Source: a virus
Taxonomy: Duplodnaviria > Caudoviricetes
DNA: 64,000 nucleotides
Virus record (IMG/VR): IMGVR_UViG_2791355019_000001
Location: 214-64,213 of that record
Strand: one strand, 5' to 3'
The notes beneath the pieces were generated by a model, which saw only the letters and a list, made by a program, of their open reading frames with translations, made no database searches and had not been told where the DNA came from. The translations under genes and the position numbers were made by a program. The number at the start of each line of letters is the position of its first letter. Position 1 is the stretch's first letter. Shown piece after piece: positions 16,758 to 25,214 of this stretch.

Positions 16758-19008
16758 TCTTCAGCTCCGCAAAAGAGGCGCCCATCTCCACGCTGCGCAC
16801 CCGCCCGCGACCAATCAGCGCGACCGACCAGCGCTTTTTGCTCCCGATCGCAGGAAGCCGGAAGCTTGCTTCTCCGTCGCTGTAGCTGCTCTCCATGTCG
16901 AAGGATTGAAGCATCACGACCTGGTCGTCCGCACGGATCTCGAGCGCCCACTGCCCCCACGCGCGCAGCTTGCCTGCACCGAATATGACCGGCTCGCCGA
17001 ACACGTAATCCCGCGAGCGCCAAATCGCCTCCATCTCCGAGCCGAGCCCGAATTCAGCAAAGCCATTCGAGTACAGCAGATAGCGGATGTCGGTGACGGC
17101 CGACGTCGCAGCCCCGATCGGCGGGTCGCCCTCGAAATACAGGCCCGTCAGATTCGAGGCGTCCGGCCCCTCGGAGAGCTTGAGCATGAAGCCGTGCAGC
17201 GCCGATTCGGCGCCGTCGATCAGGCCCATTACCGAGCCGTCGTGCGCGCTCAGGACGAGCTTGTTGAAGACGGCCCGGTACTGCTGGCGCCACAGTTCTC
17301 GTGTGAAATACTGCTGGCTGGGGGCGATGTCGGCTTGGCCGCCACTGACCATGACCAGGCCGTCATTGCTGACGTAGACCGCCGAGCCCTCGATCCGGGT
17401 AATGGACTGCTCGCTCACCCCGGCCTGATCGGCATTGAGCTCCTGATCGCCGACCTGATCCGGGCGCGCGCCATAGACGAAGTACGGCTGCTGCTGGGTT
17501 GTCACGAGCACCCCGCCCTCGACCGGCACGATGCCGACGACGTTGGTCGGCATCGTCTTGATATACGGCCAGGCGTGTGGTCGGTAGGGCTCGGAGAAAT
17601 ACAGATCCTTGCCTTTCGCGCCCACAAAGAAGCCGTTGCCGCAGTACGTCAGGCAGCGCAGCCCGGCGGGCGGCGGATCCCACTCTTGCGTAACCAGGGC
17701 GACGGTCGTCGTGGGGCGCGTGAGCGCATCCCAGATCGCCCAGGCGGTCCCTTCCTTTTCCGGGCGAGGGTATTCGTTTGCTTTAATGAACTCGGCGGTG
17801 CCGCCGAAGGTGCGATACAGGTTCATCCCCACCACGGGGCGCCCGCCGGACAGAGCGGTGTATTCCTGCAGGGTCTTTGTGTCCTGCCAAGGCAGCACTT
17901 CGACGATCACCGGATCGGATGGCGCCGACTCCTCCCCCCAGTCGTTCTCGAACGTCGTCACGTAGGCGATCGACTCGACCAGGCCGGAATCGTACTGCGG
18001 CCACACGCGCCAGCGGCCGTCCGGTTCTTGCGTTCCGGTTGCCGTGCCCTCGTAGTAGACGACCCCCGTTGTCGGGTTGAACACCATGGTCTTCCACGTC
18101 ACCTCGGCCTGTACGGTCAATTCCGCCAGCACCGCCTGATCACCCTGCAAGACGTGCGCGTACAGGTCGGTGGGCGCCCAGGTCTTGCCGTCGTAGAAAA
18201 TCGCCCACGGCGACGCCTCGCTCCCCATGCTCGAGTTTGGAGGTTTGATCTTGCCGAGGGCATTGATCTGCGCGCCGGTGTTGAGCGTCAGGCTGTCGGC
18301 CGACTGCCACACATAGCCCTCTTCACCGCCCATGTCCTGCTGCCAGCTCAGCGGCGGGTCGAAATAGGCGATCGACGGCCCCGGAATGGCGATCCACGTT
18401 GCCCCGCTTGGATTGGCGGGCGCGTCGGGCACGACCGCCCCCGGCACCATCTCGGCCGGCATCGTGAGCAGGTATTCGGTCCAGGTCGAAACCGTTTCGA
18501 ACACGAGCGGCTCGAACTCCTGGATTGTGGCCGATCCTGCGGTCAGCACGCCCTTGATGGCCATGTGCACGCCCACATCACCCTGCCAGCCCATCGAGGC
18601 GAACACCTCCACGGTCGGTGGGACGGCGGGACGTGCCACCCCGACCGCCCACTGCTGCGTCGGCTGCCCCGGGTTCAGTCCAGGCGCCTTCATGTCGTTC
18701 GCCAAGGCGACGCGCACGCCGTTGCTGCTCGTGTTGGCGAAGTAGATGCGACCGTGCGTATCGTCGATGGTCGGCGAGCGATAGGCGCGCGTCGGCTCGG
18801 GCCAGGTGAAGAACCGGACGCCATCGTCCGTGAACAGCCCGCGCACAGCCTGCGTAGTGGCGATCTTGGGCGCAGGCCCTTTGATCGAGCACAGCTCGCC
18901 GCTGGAGAATTCGCAGTTGATCGCCTGCTGCGCCGCACCCTCGGGCAACAGGTGCGGCGCCGTGCGCGGAATTTCGCCGCCGAATTTGCGGATGGAAAGA
19001 ACAGTCAC
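16750..19008 (-). CDS. Tail hub / DNA stabilization protein (beta-propeller-like)
   Basis: 752 aa; FGGEIPR N-terminus and LYFSEPYRPHAWP; position in the podophage tail cluster. Confidence 0.65.
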   Translation of the reverse strand: MTVLSIRKFGGEIPRTAPHLLPEGAAQQAINCEFSSGELCSIKGPAPKIATTQAVRGLFTDDGVRFFTWPEPTRAYRSPTIDDTHGRIYFANTSSNGVRVALANDMKAPGLNPGQPTQQWAVGVARPAVPPTVEVFASMGWQGDVGVHMAIKGVLTAGSATIQEFEPLVFETVSTWTEYLLTMPAEMVPGAVVPDAPANPSGATWIAIPGPSIAYFDPPLSWQQDMGGEEGYVWQSADSLTLNTGAQINALGKIKPPNSSMGSEASPWAIFYDGKTWAPTDLYAHVLQGDQAVLAELTVQAEVTWKTMVFNPTTGVVYYEGTATGTQEPDGRWRVWPQYDSGLVESIAYVTTFENDWGEESAPSDPVIVEVLPWQDTKTLQEYTALSGGRPVVGMNLYRTFGGTAEFIKANEYPRPEKEGTAWAIWDALTRPTTTVALVTQEWDPPPAGLRCLTYCGNGFFVGAKGKDLYFSEPYRPHAWPYIKTMPTNVVGIVPVEGGVLVTTQQQPYFVYGARPDQVGDQELNADQAGVSEQSITRIEGSAVYVSNDGLVMVSGGQADIAPSQQYFTRELWRQQYRAVFNKLVLSAHDGSVMGLIDGAESALHGFMLKLSEGPDASNLTGLYFEGDPPIGAATSAVTDIRYLLYSNGFAEFGLGSEMEAIWRSRDYVFGEPVIFGAGKLRAWGQWALEIRADDQVVMLQSFDMESSYSDGEASFRLPAIGSKKRWSVALIGRGRVRSVEMGASFAELKNV

Positions 19009-19241
19009 CGATACGCCCTCACGCAGTCATTGTGCAGCGCCTTGCACGCCGCCCCCCAGCTGAACACCGCTGCCTCCCAGGCCTGGCGGTGCAGTGCCAA
19101 CGTCGGCGGTGCCGGGCAGGTCTGCAGGCACTCCAGCGGCACCGGCCGCGCCAAGGCCGTAGGCGGCATAGAGGCGTTCGAGGCGCAGGCGCTGAGCAGC
19201 GCTCCACTCGCAAGCCCGATCAGGATCGGCGGCAGCTTCAT
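19005..19241 (-). CDS. o-spanin (Rz1-like lipoprotein)
   Basis: Lipobox LSAC after a hydrophobic signal; Pro/Cys-rich; overlaps the i-spanin in another frame. Confidence 0.75.
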   Translation of the reverse strand: MKLPPILIGLASGALLSACASNASMPPTALARPVPLECLQTCPAPPTLALHRQAWEAAVFSWGAACKALHNDCVRAYR

Positions 19242-19488
19242 CGCTCACTCCTTGCGCAACAGCCGCAGCGTGGCCGCGCGCTTCTGCTGCGGAAACGGCG
19301 CGGCGGCGTTCAGCCGCAGCTGCGCGATCTGCATCTTCAACAGCGCGCTGCCAGCCCTCGGCGTAGCGGGTTGCCACCGCCAGCTCGCGTTGCGCGCACT
19401 GCCCTGCAGCCATCCCGTGACCCAGCCAAAAGCCACTTGCTGCGCCCACCAGGAGGGCGCCAGCGCCCACGATTGCCAGTAGTTGCAC
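19027..19488 (-). CDS. i-spanin (Rz-like)
   Basis: N-terminal TM segment followed by an Ala-rich coiled coil; follows the endolysin; GTG start. Confidence 0.7.
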   Translation of the reverse strand: MQLLAIVGAGALLVGAASGFWLGHGMAAGQCAQRELAVATRYAEGWQRAVEDADRAAAAERRRAVSAAEARGHAAAVAQGVSDEAAADPDRACEWSAAQRLRLERLYAAYGLGAAGAAGVPADLPGTADVGTAPPGLGGSGVQLGGGVQGAAQ

Positions 19489-19489
19489 A

Positions 19490-19945
19490 TCAGACCCCTC
19501 CCACACACAGTTGATATTCGGCCTGGCGGCGCTTGACGAGGCCGGGCAGTTCTCGCCCGCCGGCATAGGTCCAGCGCAGCAGTTCGGCGCAAGCGCCCGG
19601 GTAGTCTTGGGCGCGCAGACGGCGCACCAGGGTGGATTTGCAGGCCGCACCGGCGCCGACGTTGTAGGCCCACGACACGATTGCATCCCACTCGTGCTGA
19701 TACATCGGCACCGGGCCGATGCAGGCGCGTAGATCGGACTGGGTGCGATCGGCGTCGGCGAGCAGGCGCACCAGGGCGCGTTCGGGGGTGATTCGGTCGC
19801 CCGGGCGCACGCCTTCCGTGGTGCCGAAGCCGATCGTTTGCACGCCCACGCCGTCGTCGTAGGCGGTGTCGCGGTAGCCTTCGTGCATGGCGATACCCAC
19901 CAGGGCGGCGGCGGACAGGCTGAGGGCGGCGATGCGCTTAATCAT
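19490..19945 (-). CDS. SAR-type endolysin, GH24 lysozyme
   Basis: Weakly hydrophobic N-terminus, then the E-x8-D-x5-T triad (HEGYRDTAYDDGVGVQTIGFG) and GLVKRRQAE. Confidence 0.9.
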   Translation of the reverse strand: MIKRIAALSLSAAALVGIAMHEGYRDTAYDDGVGVQTIGFGTTEGVRPGDRITPERALVRLLADADRTQSDLRACIGPVPMYQHEWDAIVSWAYNVGAGAACKSTLVRRLRAQDYPGACAELLRWTYAGGRELPGLVKRRQAEYQLCVGGV

Positions 19946-20234
19946 GGCTGTACGGGCAGTCGGCGACATCGGTGCAGGGGCGGCGGCGGTCGAGGGTAAC
20001 CGGCAGGTTGGTGCGGCGGCGGTCTTCGACTTCGCCGCGCAGCACTTCCAGGCGGATGGCGTGCGCTTCGCGCTCGCGGCGATCGCGCCGGTAGTGGTAG
20101 GCGCCGTTGAGCAGCAGCGTCGCCAGCGCGGTGGCGATGCCGACGAGGATGCCGAGGTCGGTGAGGGTGAGCGCGCTGACGATGGAGACGCCGCTGCCGG
20201 CGTAGCTTGCGGTGGTGACGATGCGGTCGGTCAT
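19938..20234 (-). CDS. Holin
   Basis: Small TM protein with a charged C-terminus directly upstream of the endolysin. Confidence 0.7.
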   Translation of the reverse strand: MTDRIVTTASYAGSGVSIVSALTLTDLGILVGIATALATLLLNGAYHYRRDRREREAHAIRLEVLRGEVEDRRRTNLPVTLDRRRPCTDVADCPYSHD

Positions 20235-20518
20235 TGTGCGTTCCTGTACGCTTTAGGGAGATGGTTGCGCAGCCGCTCCGACTCATAGGCCTTGCGGCAG
20301 TGATCCGCTTCCGCCCATCCGAACGGCAGCCGCACGAAGACCCAGTCGATCGCCGGGCGGAAGAGCCGGCCGGTCAGCCGCCCTTCCCCTTCAAGGCGCC
20401 AGGCCGCAGCGCTGGGAGCTTCGTCCGGGTTAGCGGTGCCGAGGGTGAGCAGCACGAACAAGCACTGATTGACGGCGATGGCGATATTGAGGGCGCGGGA
20501 GGCGAGTTCCTGCTTCAT
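20231..20518 (-). CDS. Hypothetical phage protein
   Basis: Coupled start/stop with both neighbours; IDWVF..HCRKAYESE. Confidence 0.6.
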   Translation of the reverse strand: MKQELASRALNIAIAVNQCLFVLLTLGTANPDEAPSAAAWRLEGEGRLTGRLFRPAIDWVFVRLPFGWAEADHCRKAYESERLRNHLPKAYRNAQ

Positions 20519-20958
20519 TACAGCCCCAGCTTCGCCCGCTCATCCCTACCCCACTGGCGCACCGACTCGACGAACTCGCCGAACACCGCCATCTCCTGCG
20601 TCTCGTCGCTCGTCGGCGCGTACAGCCCGTTCGCCGCGCCGACGCCGATGCGGGCGAAATACATCTCGTCGTCGAGCGTGTAGGCGGCACGGATCTGCTC
20701 GACCATGCGCTGCGCGATCAGCCGGCAGGCGCGGCTTTCGACCTTGATGCGCTCGCGCAGCCCCGCATCGAGCGCGACCGGCGTCAGCGTGATCTCCGGG
20801 TGCTGCGCCGGCAGCACGGCGCCGTCGGGCATCGACACGTAGGCGAGTCCGTCGAGCGTGCAAAGCTCGAGCGCGCCCTCGGGCAGCTGGGCGCGCAGGC
20901 TGCGCCCGTTCGGGCCGGACTCGATGATCGGGGTGTAGCTATAGATTTGTGCAGGCAT
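20518..20958 (-). CDS. Hypothetical protein downstream of the DGR RT (possible fibre chaperone)
   Basis: ATG at 20958 overlapping the RT 3' end; coupled to the next gene. Confidence 0.55.
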   Translation of the reverse strand: MPAQIYSYTPIIESGPNGRSLRAQLPEGALELCTLDGLAYVSMPDGAVLPAQHPEITLTPVALDAGLRERIKVESRACRLIAQRMVEQIRAAYTLDDEMYFARIGVGAANGLYAPTSDETQEMAVFGEFVESVRQWGRDERAKLGL

Positions 20959-21952
20959 GTCGGTGCGCCTCCGGGAGTTGCGGGACAAGGTCGGGCCGCT
21001 CGGAACGCAAGCGGCGGCAGAAGTGGGCGTAGCTCGCACTGTGGCGCGCGTTCCCCATGATCGACACGAGGCTCGGCACGTCGCCGTGCCGCAGCGAGCG
21101 CGAGAAGGTGTGCAGACTGTGGCGGCGCACGAAGCGCGTTTTGCGCCAAGCGCGGAAGCCGACGAAATTCACGCCGCGCCGGGTCGGCTGGATCGTGTAG
21201 CGCGACAGTTCGAGGCGCAGGCGCTCGTGCAGGAACGTTTCGATCTGTAGCCGCAGCGCGTTCGCCTCGGCGCGCGACGCGATGCCGAACACGATGAAAT
21301 CGTCGACGTAGCGCACATACCGCTTGCGGCCGAGCTCGCGCTTGATGAAGTGGTCGAGCGGGTCAAGGTAGATCAGCGCGAACAGCTGCGACAGCAGGTT
21401 GCCGATCGGAATCCCGGTCGAGTCCGGGTAACGCGCGAACAGTTCGAGCAGCGCGAGCAGCCGCCGGTCCTTGATCCTGCGCGCGACCAGCCGCATCAGC
21501 CGCGCGCGGTCGATGCGGTAGAAGAACTTGCGGATGTCCATCTGCAGCGTGACGCTGCCGTCTGGCGCGTCGCGCAGGAACTGTTGCGCGCGGTCGGCCG
21601 CCCGGTGCGTGCCCTTGCCCTTGCGGCAGCCGTAGCTGTCGTGGATGAATCCGCGATCGAAGATCGGGTAGATCGCCGCATAGATCGCGTGCTGCACTAC
21701 GACGTCGCGAAAGTGCGGCGCATGGATCAGGCGCGGCTTCGGCTCGCGCACCTCGAACGTCACGTAGGGGCGCGGCGCATACGTGCCGGCGTGCAACTCG
21801 TCGTGCAGCCGCTGCAGATTCGCGCCGAGGTCGCGCTCGAATGCGGCCACCGCGACCTTCTTGCGCTTGCGCCGGCGCGCGGCGAGATAGGCCGCGTGCA
21901 GCACGTCAGGCGTGAAGCATTGATCGAACAGATTGCCGTGGCGTTTAGGCAT
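20939..21952 (-). CDS. DGR reverse transcriptase
   Basis: MPKRHGNLF start; KPRLIHAPHFRD, DSYGCRKGKGTH, MDIRKFF, GIPIGNLLSQ (DGR-type SQ), YVRYVDDF; no maturase or endonuclease extension. Confidence 0.95.
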   Translation of the reverse strand: MPKRHGNLFDQCFTPDVLHAAYLAARRRKRKKVAVAAFERDLGANLQRLHDELHAGTYAPRPYVTFEVREPKPRLIHAPHFRDVVVQHAIYAAIYPIFDRGFIHDSYGCRKGKGTHRAADRAQQFLRDAPDGSVTLQMDIRKFFYRIDRARLMRLVARRIKDRRLLALLELFARYPDSTGIPIGNLLSQLFALIYLDPLDHFIKRELGRKRYVRYVDDFIVFGIASRAEANALRLQIETFLHERLRLELSRYTIQPTRRGVNFVGFRAWRKTRFVRRHSLHTFSRSLRHGDVPSLVSIMGNARHSASYAHFCRRLRSERPDLVPQLPEAHRHACTNL

Positions 21953-22082
21953 GGCGGATGGTCCCCACAGCCGTGGCGGGTACTGAAACGCCATGCCCTG
22001 CCGATTTCGCCAAAATGCAGGACGGAGCCATCCCTATGTCGCCAGTATTTGCTGTGTGCAATGTCAGGTCAGCGAAGGCGAA

Positions 22083-22202
22083 ATAGTCGGCGCAGCGAAA
22101 GCCCGCGTTGTTGTTGTCGTTCGACCGGCCGTTGCTCCAACCCCGGTAGAAGACGCCAGCGTTCGCAGCGTTGTTCCAGTTGCCGGAGGCATACGGGAAA
22201 AG
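22083..22202 (-). repeat. DGR template repeat (TR)
   Basis: 120-bp ungapped match to 22672-22791; AAC-rich on the coding strand; lies between avd and RT. Confidence 0.95.
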
Positions 22203-22220
22203 CATTTCGATGGCCCGCCC

Positions 22221-22628
22221 TTATTCGGCCTGCGGGCTCGCCCGCAGACTCCGAATCCAGCCGCCGATCATCGCCCCCAGTTCGTTGATGAGGACCGACA
22301 CGGCGGTATAGCGACGCAGCGACTCGGCGGCGCTGCGCGCGCGTTTGTGATGCTCGAACTCGAAATAGCCCAGCTCGAACGCGAGATTGACGAAGGTCCG
22401 CAACTGCTCGTGCCGAACGTCGAGCTTCGACAGGCTGGTCTTGTTGTGATAGCGCTTCTGGCACTCGACGATGCCCGCGAGCACGTCATAGACGGCTTGC
22501 CGGATCTCCTGGCACAGCCCGTATTTCTCGTGCCGCGGGAAGTGGTTCAGATTCACGTTGAGCAACAGGATCAGCTCGCGGCACTTGTGATGGATCGCGG
22601 CTTGCGGGTTCGTTGTGTTCGTGCTCAT
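22221..22628 (-). CDS. avd: DGR accessory variability determinant
   Basis: FPRHEKYGLCQEIR..LSKLDVRHEQLR..INELGAMIGGWI four-helix Avd signature; between target gene and TR. Confidence 0.9.
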   Translation of the reverse strand: MSTNTTNPQAAIHHKCRELILLLNVNLNHFPRHEKYGLCQEIRQAVYDVLAGIVECQKRYHNKTSLSKLDVRHEQLRTFVNLAFELGYFEFEHHKRARSAAESLRRYTAVSVLINELGAMIGGWIRSLRASPQAE

Positions 22629-22636
22629 GGCATCAG

Positions 22637-22656
22637 GACGGCGCTACCGCGCCGCC
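22637..22656 (-). other. DGR target-recognition hairpin with GGTA (GRNA-type) loop
   Basis: Minus strand GGCGGCGC-GGTA-GCGCCGTC, 6 nt after the target stop codon. Confidence 0.8.
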
Positions 22657-22662
22657 GACCAG

Positions 22663-24930
22663 TCAATTTCCATAGGCGGCGCAGCGAAAGCCCGCGTTGG
22701 TGATGTCGCTCGACCGGCCGACGCTCCAACCCCGGCAGAAGACGCCAGCGACCGCAGCGCCGTTCCAGACGCCGGAGGCATACGGGAAAAGATTGGCGCG
22801 GCCATAGCGGTAATTGCCGTCGTTGCCGAACTGGTTCGTGCCGGCCGCGCTCATGCCGGTCGTCGCCGCTATGCCGCAGCACGAGCGCAGATAATCCGTG
22901 CCGCTCGTCGCGCCGCTGAACACCGCGTTGCTGCCGTTGCCAAAATAGTCCCATCCGGTCGTCGCGCCCCAGGGCAGAAAGCCGGTCACCGCGTCGTAAT
23001 TGGTCGCCAGATTGGCCGCCGTGCCCCATGCGTCCGTTGCGCCGCCGAAGCCGTCAGTCAGGCTCGCCAGCGCGACGCTCTCCTTGAGTACGTAGGCGTC
23101 ACCGGTCGTGATCGCGGTCGTATCGGTCGCGCTAGCGCCCGCTTGCGTGATGCCCAGCATCACTTGATACATCGCGCCATTCACGTCGGTCACGCCGCAC
23201 GCCTGTCCGTTGTGCGTGGTTTTTGCGAGGCTGCTCGCGCTGCCGGTCTTCGGCTTGTTTGCGTTGCCCGAGTCGCCCGCGCTCGTAAACGTGACGCCGG
23301 TGTCGTTGGCGTCGGCCAGGGCGCTGTTGTTGCACCCCTTCGGGAAATTCGTTGTCCCGGCCGCGTCGTACCATGCGCAGTGCGTCGCGCTGGTTGCGGC
23401 TTGGCCGTGCGCGAGCGCGAGCTTCGCCAGCGCGTCATACATGAAGATGCTGGCGACGTTGAACACGCCCGCGCCGCGGCTGCGCGCCAGCACGACGGCA
23501 TCGGCGAGGATGCCGGTGCAGCCTGTCATGCCGCTAGAGCGCGTGTACGTCGTCGTGGTCGTCAGCGAGATCGGCACGCCGAGCGCGACGGACTTGCACG
23601 AGGTCGTGCCGTTCCGGCTCGCGAGGTACTTGTCGATGAAAAAGCCCGGCTTGACCGCCCCGCCATCCTTGAATGCACGGTGCAGCGCGTAGCCTGCTGC
23701 GTTGGCTGCGGCCTCGTCGGCGAACGTCTCGATGCCCACGACATCGATCGCATTGGCGCCGTAGGTCGCATAGCGCGGGCTGGAAGCGTTGCCAATGCGG
23801 TAGTAGAAGCGCGGCACGAATACCATCACCGAGCCGTCGCTGTACTGGTAGTTGCCGTAATTTGCGCTCGCTTTGTCGCTCGTGCCGGCCATCGCGCTGA
23901 AGCCCGAGGGCAGCTCGGCGGGATATTCACCGACGCCGAACCCTTGCCCGCCCGGCGTGCCGACCAGACCGCCGAACGTGGCTTTGGTGGTGAATTTCAC
24001 CGGCGCGCTCCACTCGGACAGGCCGTTGCTGTTCCCTTCGTCCTGCATTTGCCACCAGTACTCCTGGCTCGTGGATAGCCCAGAGACGGTCCAGTTCAGC
24101 AGATTCACGGTGTCGCCAACGTTGCTGGCGATGATGTTCGTCATCGCTTGATCGGTCGCCACTCGGTAGCTGCGAGACTTTTGCGTATCCTCCAGTCCGT
24201 ACCAGGCGAAAGCCGAGCCGGTCAGCGTGACCGAGCCGCCTTGGTCGGTGGCACCATTGGCTGGCGATACGACAGTCGGCGTTTGCACGCCGGCGGCCTG
24301 CGCGTCGATCACGAACTCGGTCGGCACGTCATCCATCGTCACCGTCAGCGTGACCGCGCCCGCGGCGGGTGGCGCAGTGAAGGTGATCGTGTCTCCGGCG
24401 AGGCTGACCGTGCCGGCGCTGACTTGCACGACATACTCGGAAAACGCGCTGTAGTTGGTGATGGTGTAGGTTTTTTCTTGTGTGACGTATGGGCTGGGGT
24501 CGCCGGAGAGGGTTACGCCGACGCCGCTCCGAATCTCGATATTCCCGGCGCCCAGGAGGACCTGGCCGTTGACGGTCTTGATGTTGGCGCCGGAAACAAG
24601 GGTCGCCTGCTTGCTCTCGATCGCCTGCAGCGCATCAGACAGCGCCCCGGCGGTCAGCCGCAATTCAGCCCGCGTGCCTGCCGCCCAGGCCTGCGCTGCC
24701 GTACCTTCTTGCGCACGTTCAACGGTAAGCACGCCGCCCGTGCGGGCCGTGCACTTGACGATCTCCCATGCTGCCTCGTTGCCGTTTTCATCCAGGCCAA
24801 TCAGGGTGGCTCTGAATATGCCGTTCGCGGCATCCGGGAAGAGAGCCCCGCTGGTGACTTCGATTACCGTGTCTTCCGCTGCAGCCGGCGCCACCAGCGT
24901 CGTGATTGCGTTGTTGGCAAATTGCTCCAC
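22663..24930 (-). CDS. DGR target: tail fibre / major tropism determinant-like protein with C-terminal C-type lectin fold
   Basis: Fibre motif KQATLVSGANIKTVNG, Ig/FN3-like middle, GFFIDKYLAS..GVTDVNGAMYQ..GFRC; VR at the 3' end; GTG start with GAAGGAG RBS. Confidence 0.88.
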   Translation of the reverse strand: MEQFANNAITTLVAPAAAEDTVIEVTSGALFPDAANGIFRATLIGLDENGNEAAWEIVKCTARTGGVLTVERAQEGTAAQAWAAGTRAELRLTAGALSDALQAIESKQATLVSGANIKTVNGQVLLGAGNIEIRSGVGVTLSGDPSPYVTQEKTYTITNYSAFSEYVVQVSAGTVSLAGDTITFTAPPAAGAVTLTVTMDDVPTEFVIDAQAAGVQTPTVVSPANGATDQGGSVTLTGSAFAWYGLEDTQKSRSYRVATDQAMTNIIASNVGDTVNLLNWTVSGLSTSQEYWWQMQDEGNSNGLSEWSAPVKFTTKATFGGLVGTPGGQGFGVGEYPAELPSGFSAMAGTSDKASANYGNYQYSDGSVMVFVPRFYYRIGNASSPRYATYGANAIDVVGIETFADEAAANAAGYALHRAFKDGGAVKPGFFIDKYLASRNGTTSCKSVALGVPISLTTTTTYTRSSGMTGCTGILADAVVLARSRGAGVFNVASIFMYDALAKLALAHGQAATSATHCAWYDAAGTTNFPKGCNNSALADANDTGVTFTSAGDSGNANKPKTGSASSLAKTTHNGQACGVTDVNGAMYQVMLGITQAGASATDTTAITTGDAYVLKESVALASLTDGFGGATDAWGTAANLATNYDAVTGFLPWGATTGWDYFGNGSNAVFSGATSGTDYLRSCCGIAATTGMSAAGTNQFGNDGNYRYGRANLFPYASGVWNGAAVAGVFCRGWSVGRSSDITNAGFRCAAYGN
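22672..22791 (-). repeat. DGR variable repeat (VR)
   Basis: Differs from TR at 13 positions, all adenine in TR on the coding strand. Confidence 0.95.
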
Positions 24931-24932
24931 GC

Positions 24933-25214
24933 TCAAATCTCCTTCACGCGACAAAAGAGTTCGTCTTCAAGAATTTCCCCGCCCGCGGTCGTGACCTTGA
25001 TGGTGATCTTGTATTGCACCCCATCCGTGCCGCCGCTTACCCAGATCCGGGCGCGATCCCCCGCCACGAGAACCGGGGATACTTCAAGCCCAGCAGGCTC
25101 AGCCCTGCATTCGTCGATCGTTCCGATCTCGTCGCCTGGGTCGAGCGCATCGGTGTAGATCACACTCTTGCTCACGCGCTCACCCGGCTGCTTGCTGAAA
25201 GAGCCCAACTTCAT
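24933..25214 (-). CDS. Small tail/fibre adaptor-like protein
   Basis: KQPGE..IWVSGGTDGVQYKIT; in the tail operon with coupled stop/start. Confidence 0.6.
   Translation of the reverse strand: MKLGSFSKQPGERVSKSVIYTDALDPGDEIGTIDECRAEPAGLEVSPVLVAGDRARIWVSGGTDGVQYKITIKVTTAGGEILEDELFCRVKEI

Noticed and set aside
16525-19482. 985-aa plus-strand ORF and similar long ORFs (2447..4417, 4877..7045, 12164..13906, 61358..63967)
   Set aside because: Antisense shadows of well-supported genes in high-GC DNA; no recognisable motifs
20939-21952. RT as a group II intron or retron
   Set aside because: No maturase or endonuclease domain; avd and an A-specific TR/VR pair identify a DGR
21945-22205. 86-aa ORF across the TR
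   Set aside because: It is the template repeat read in the VR frame; TR functions as RNA and there is no evidence here for a protein
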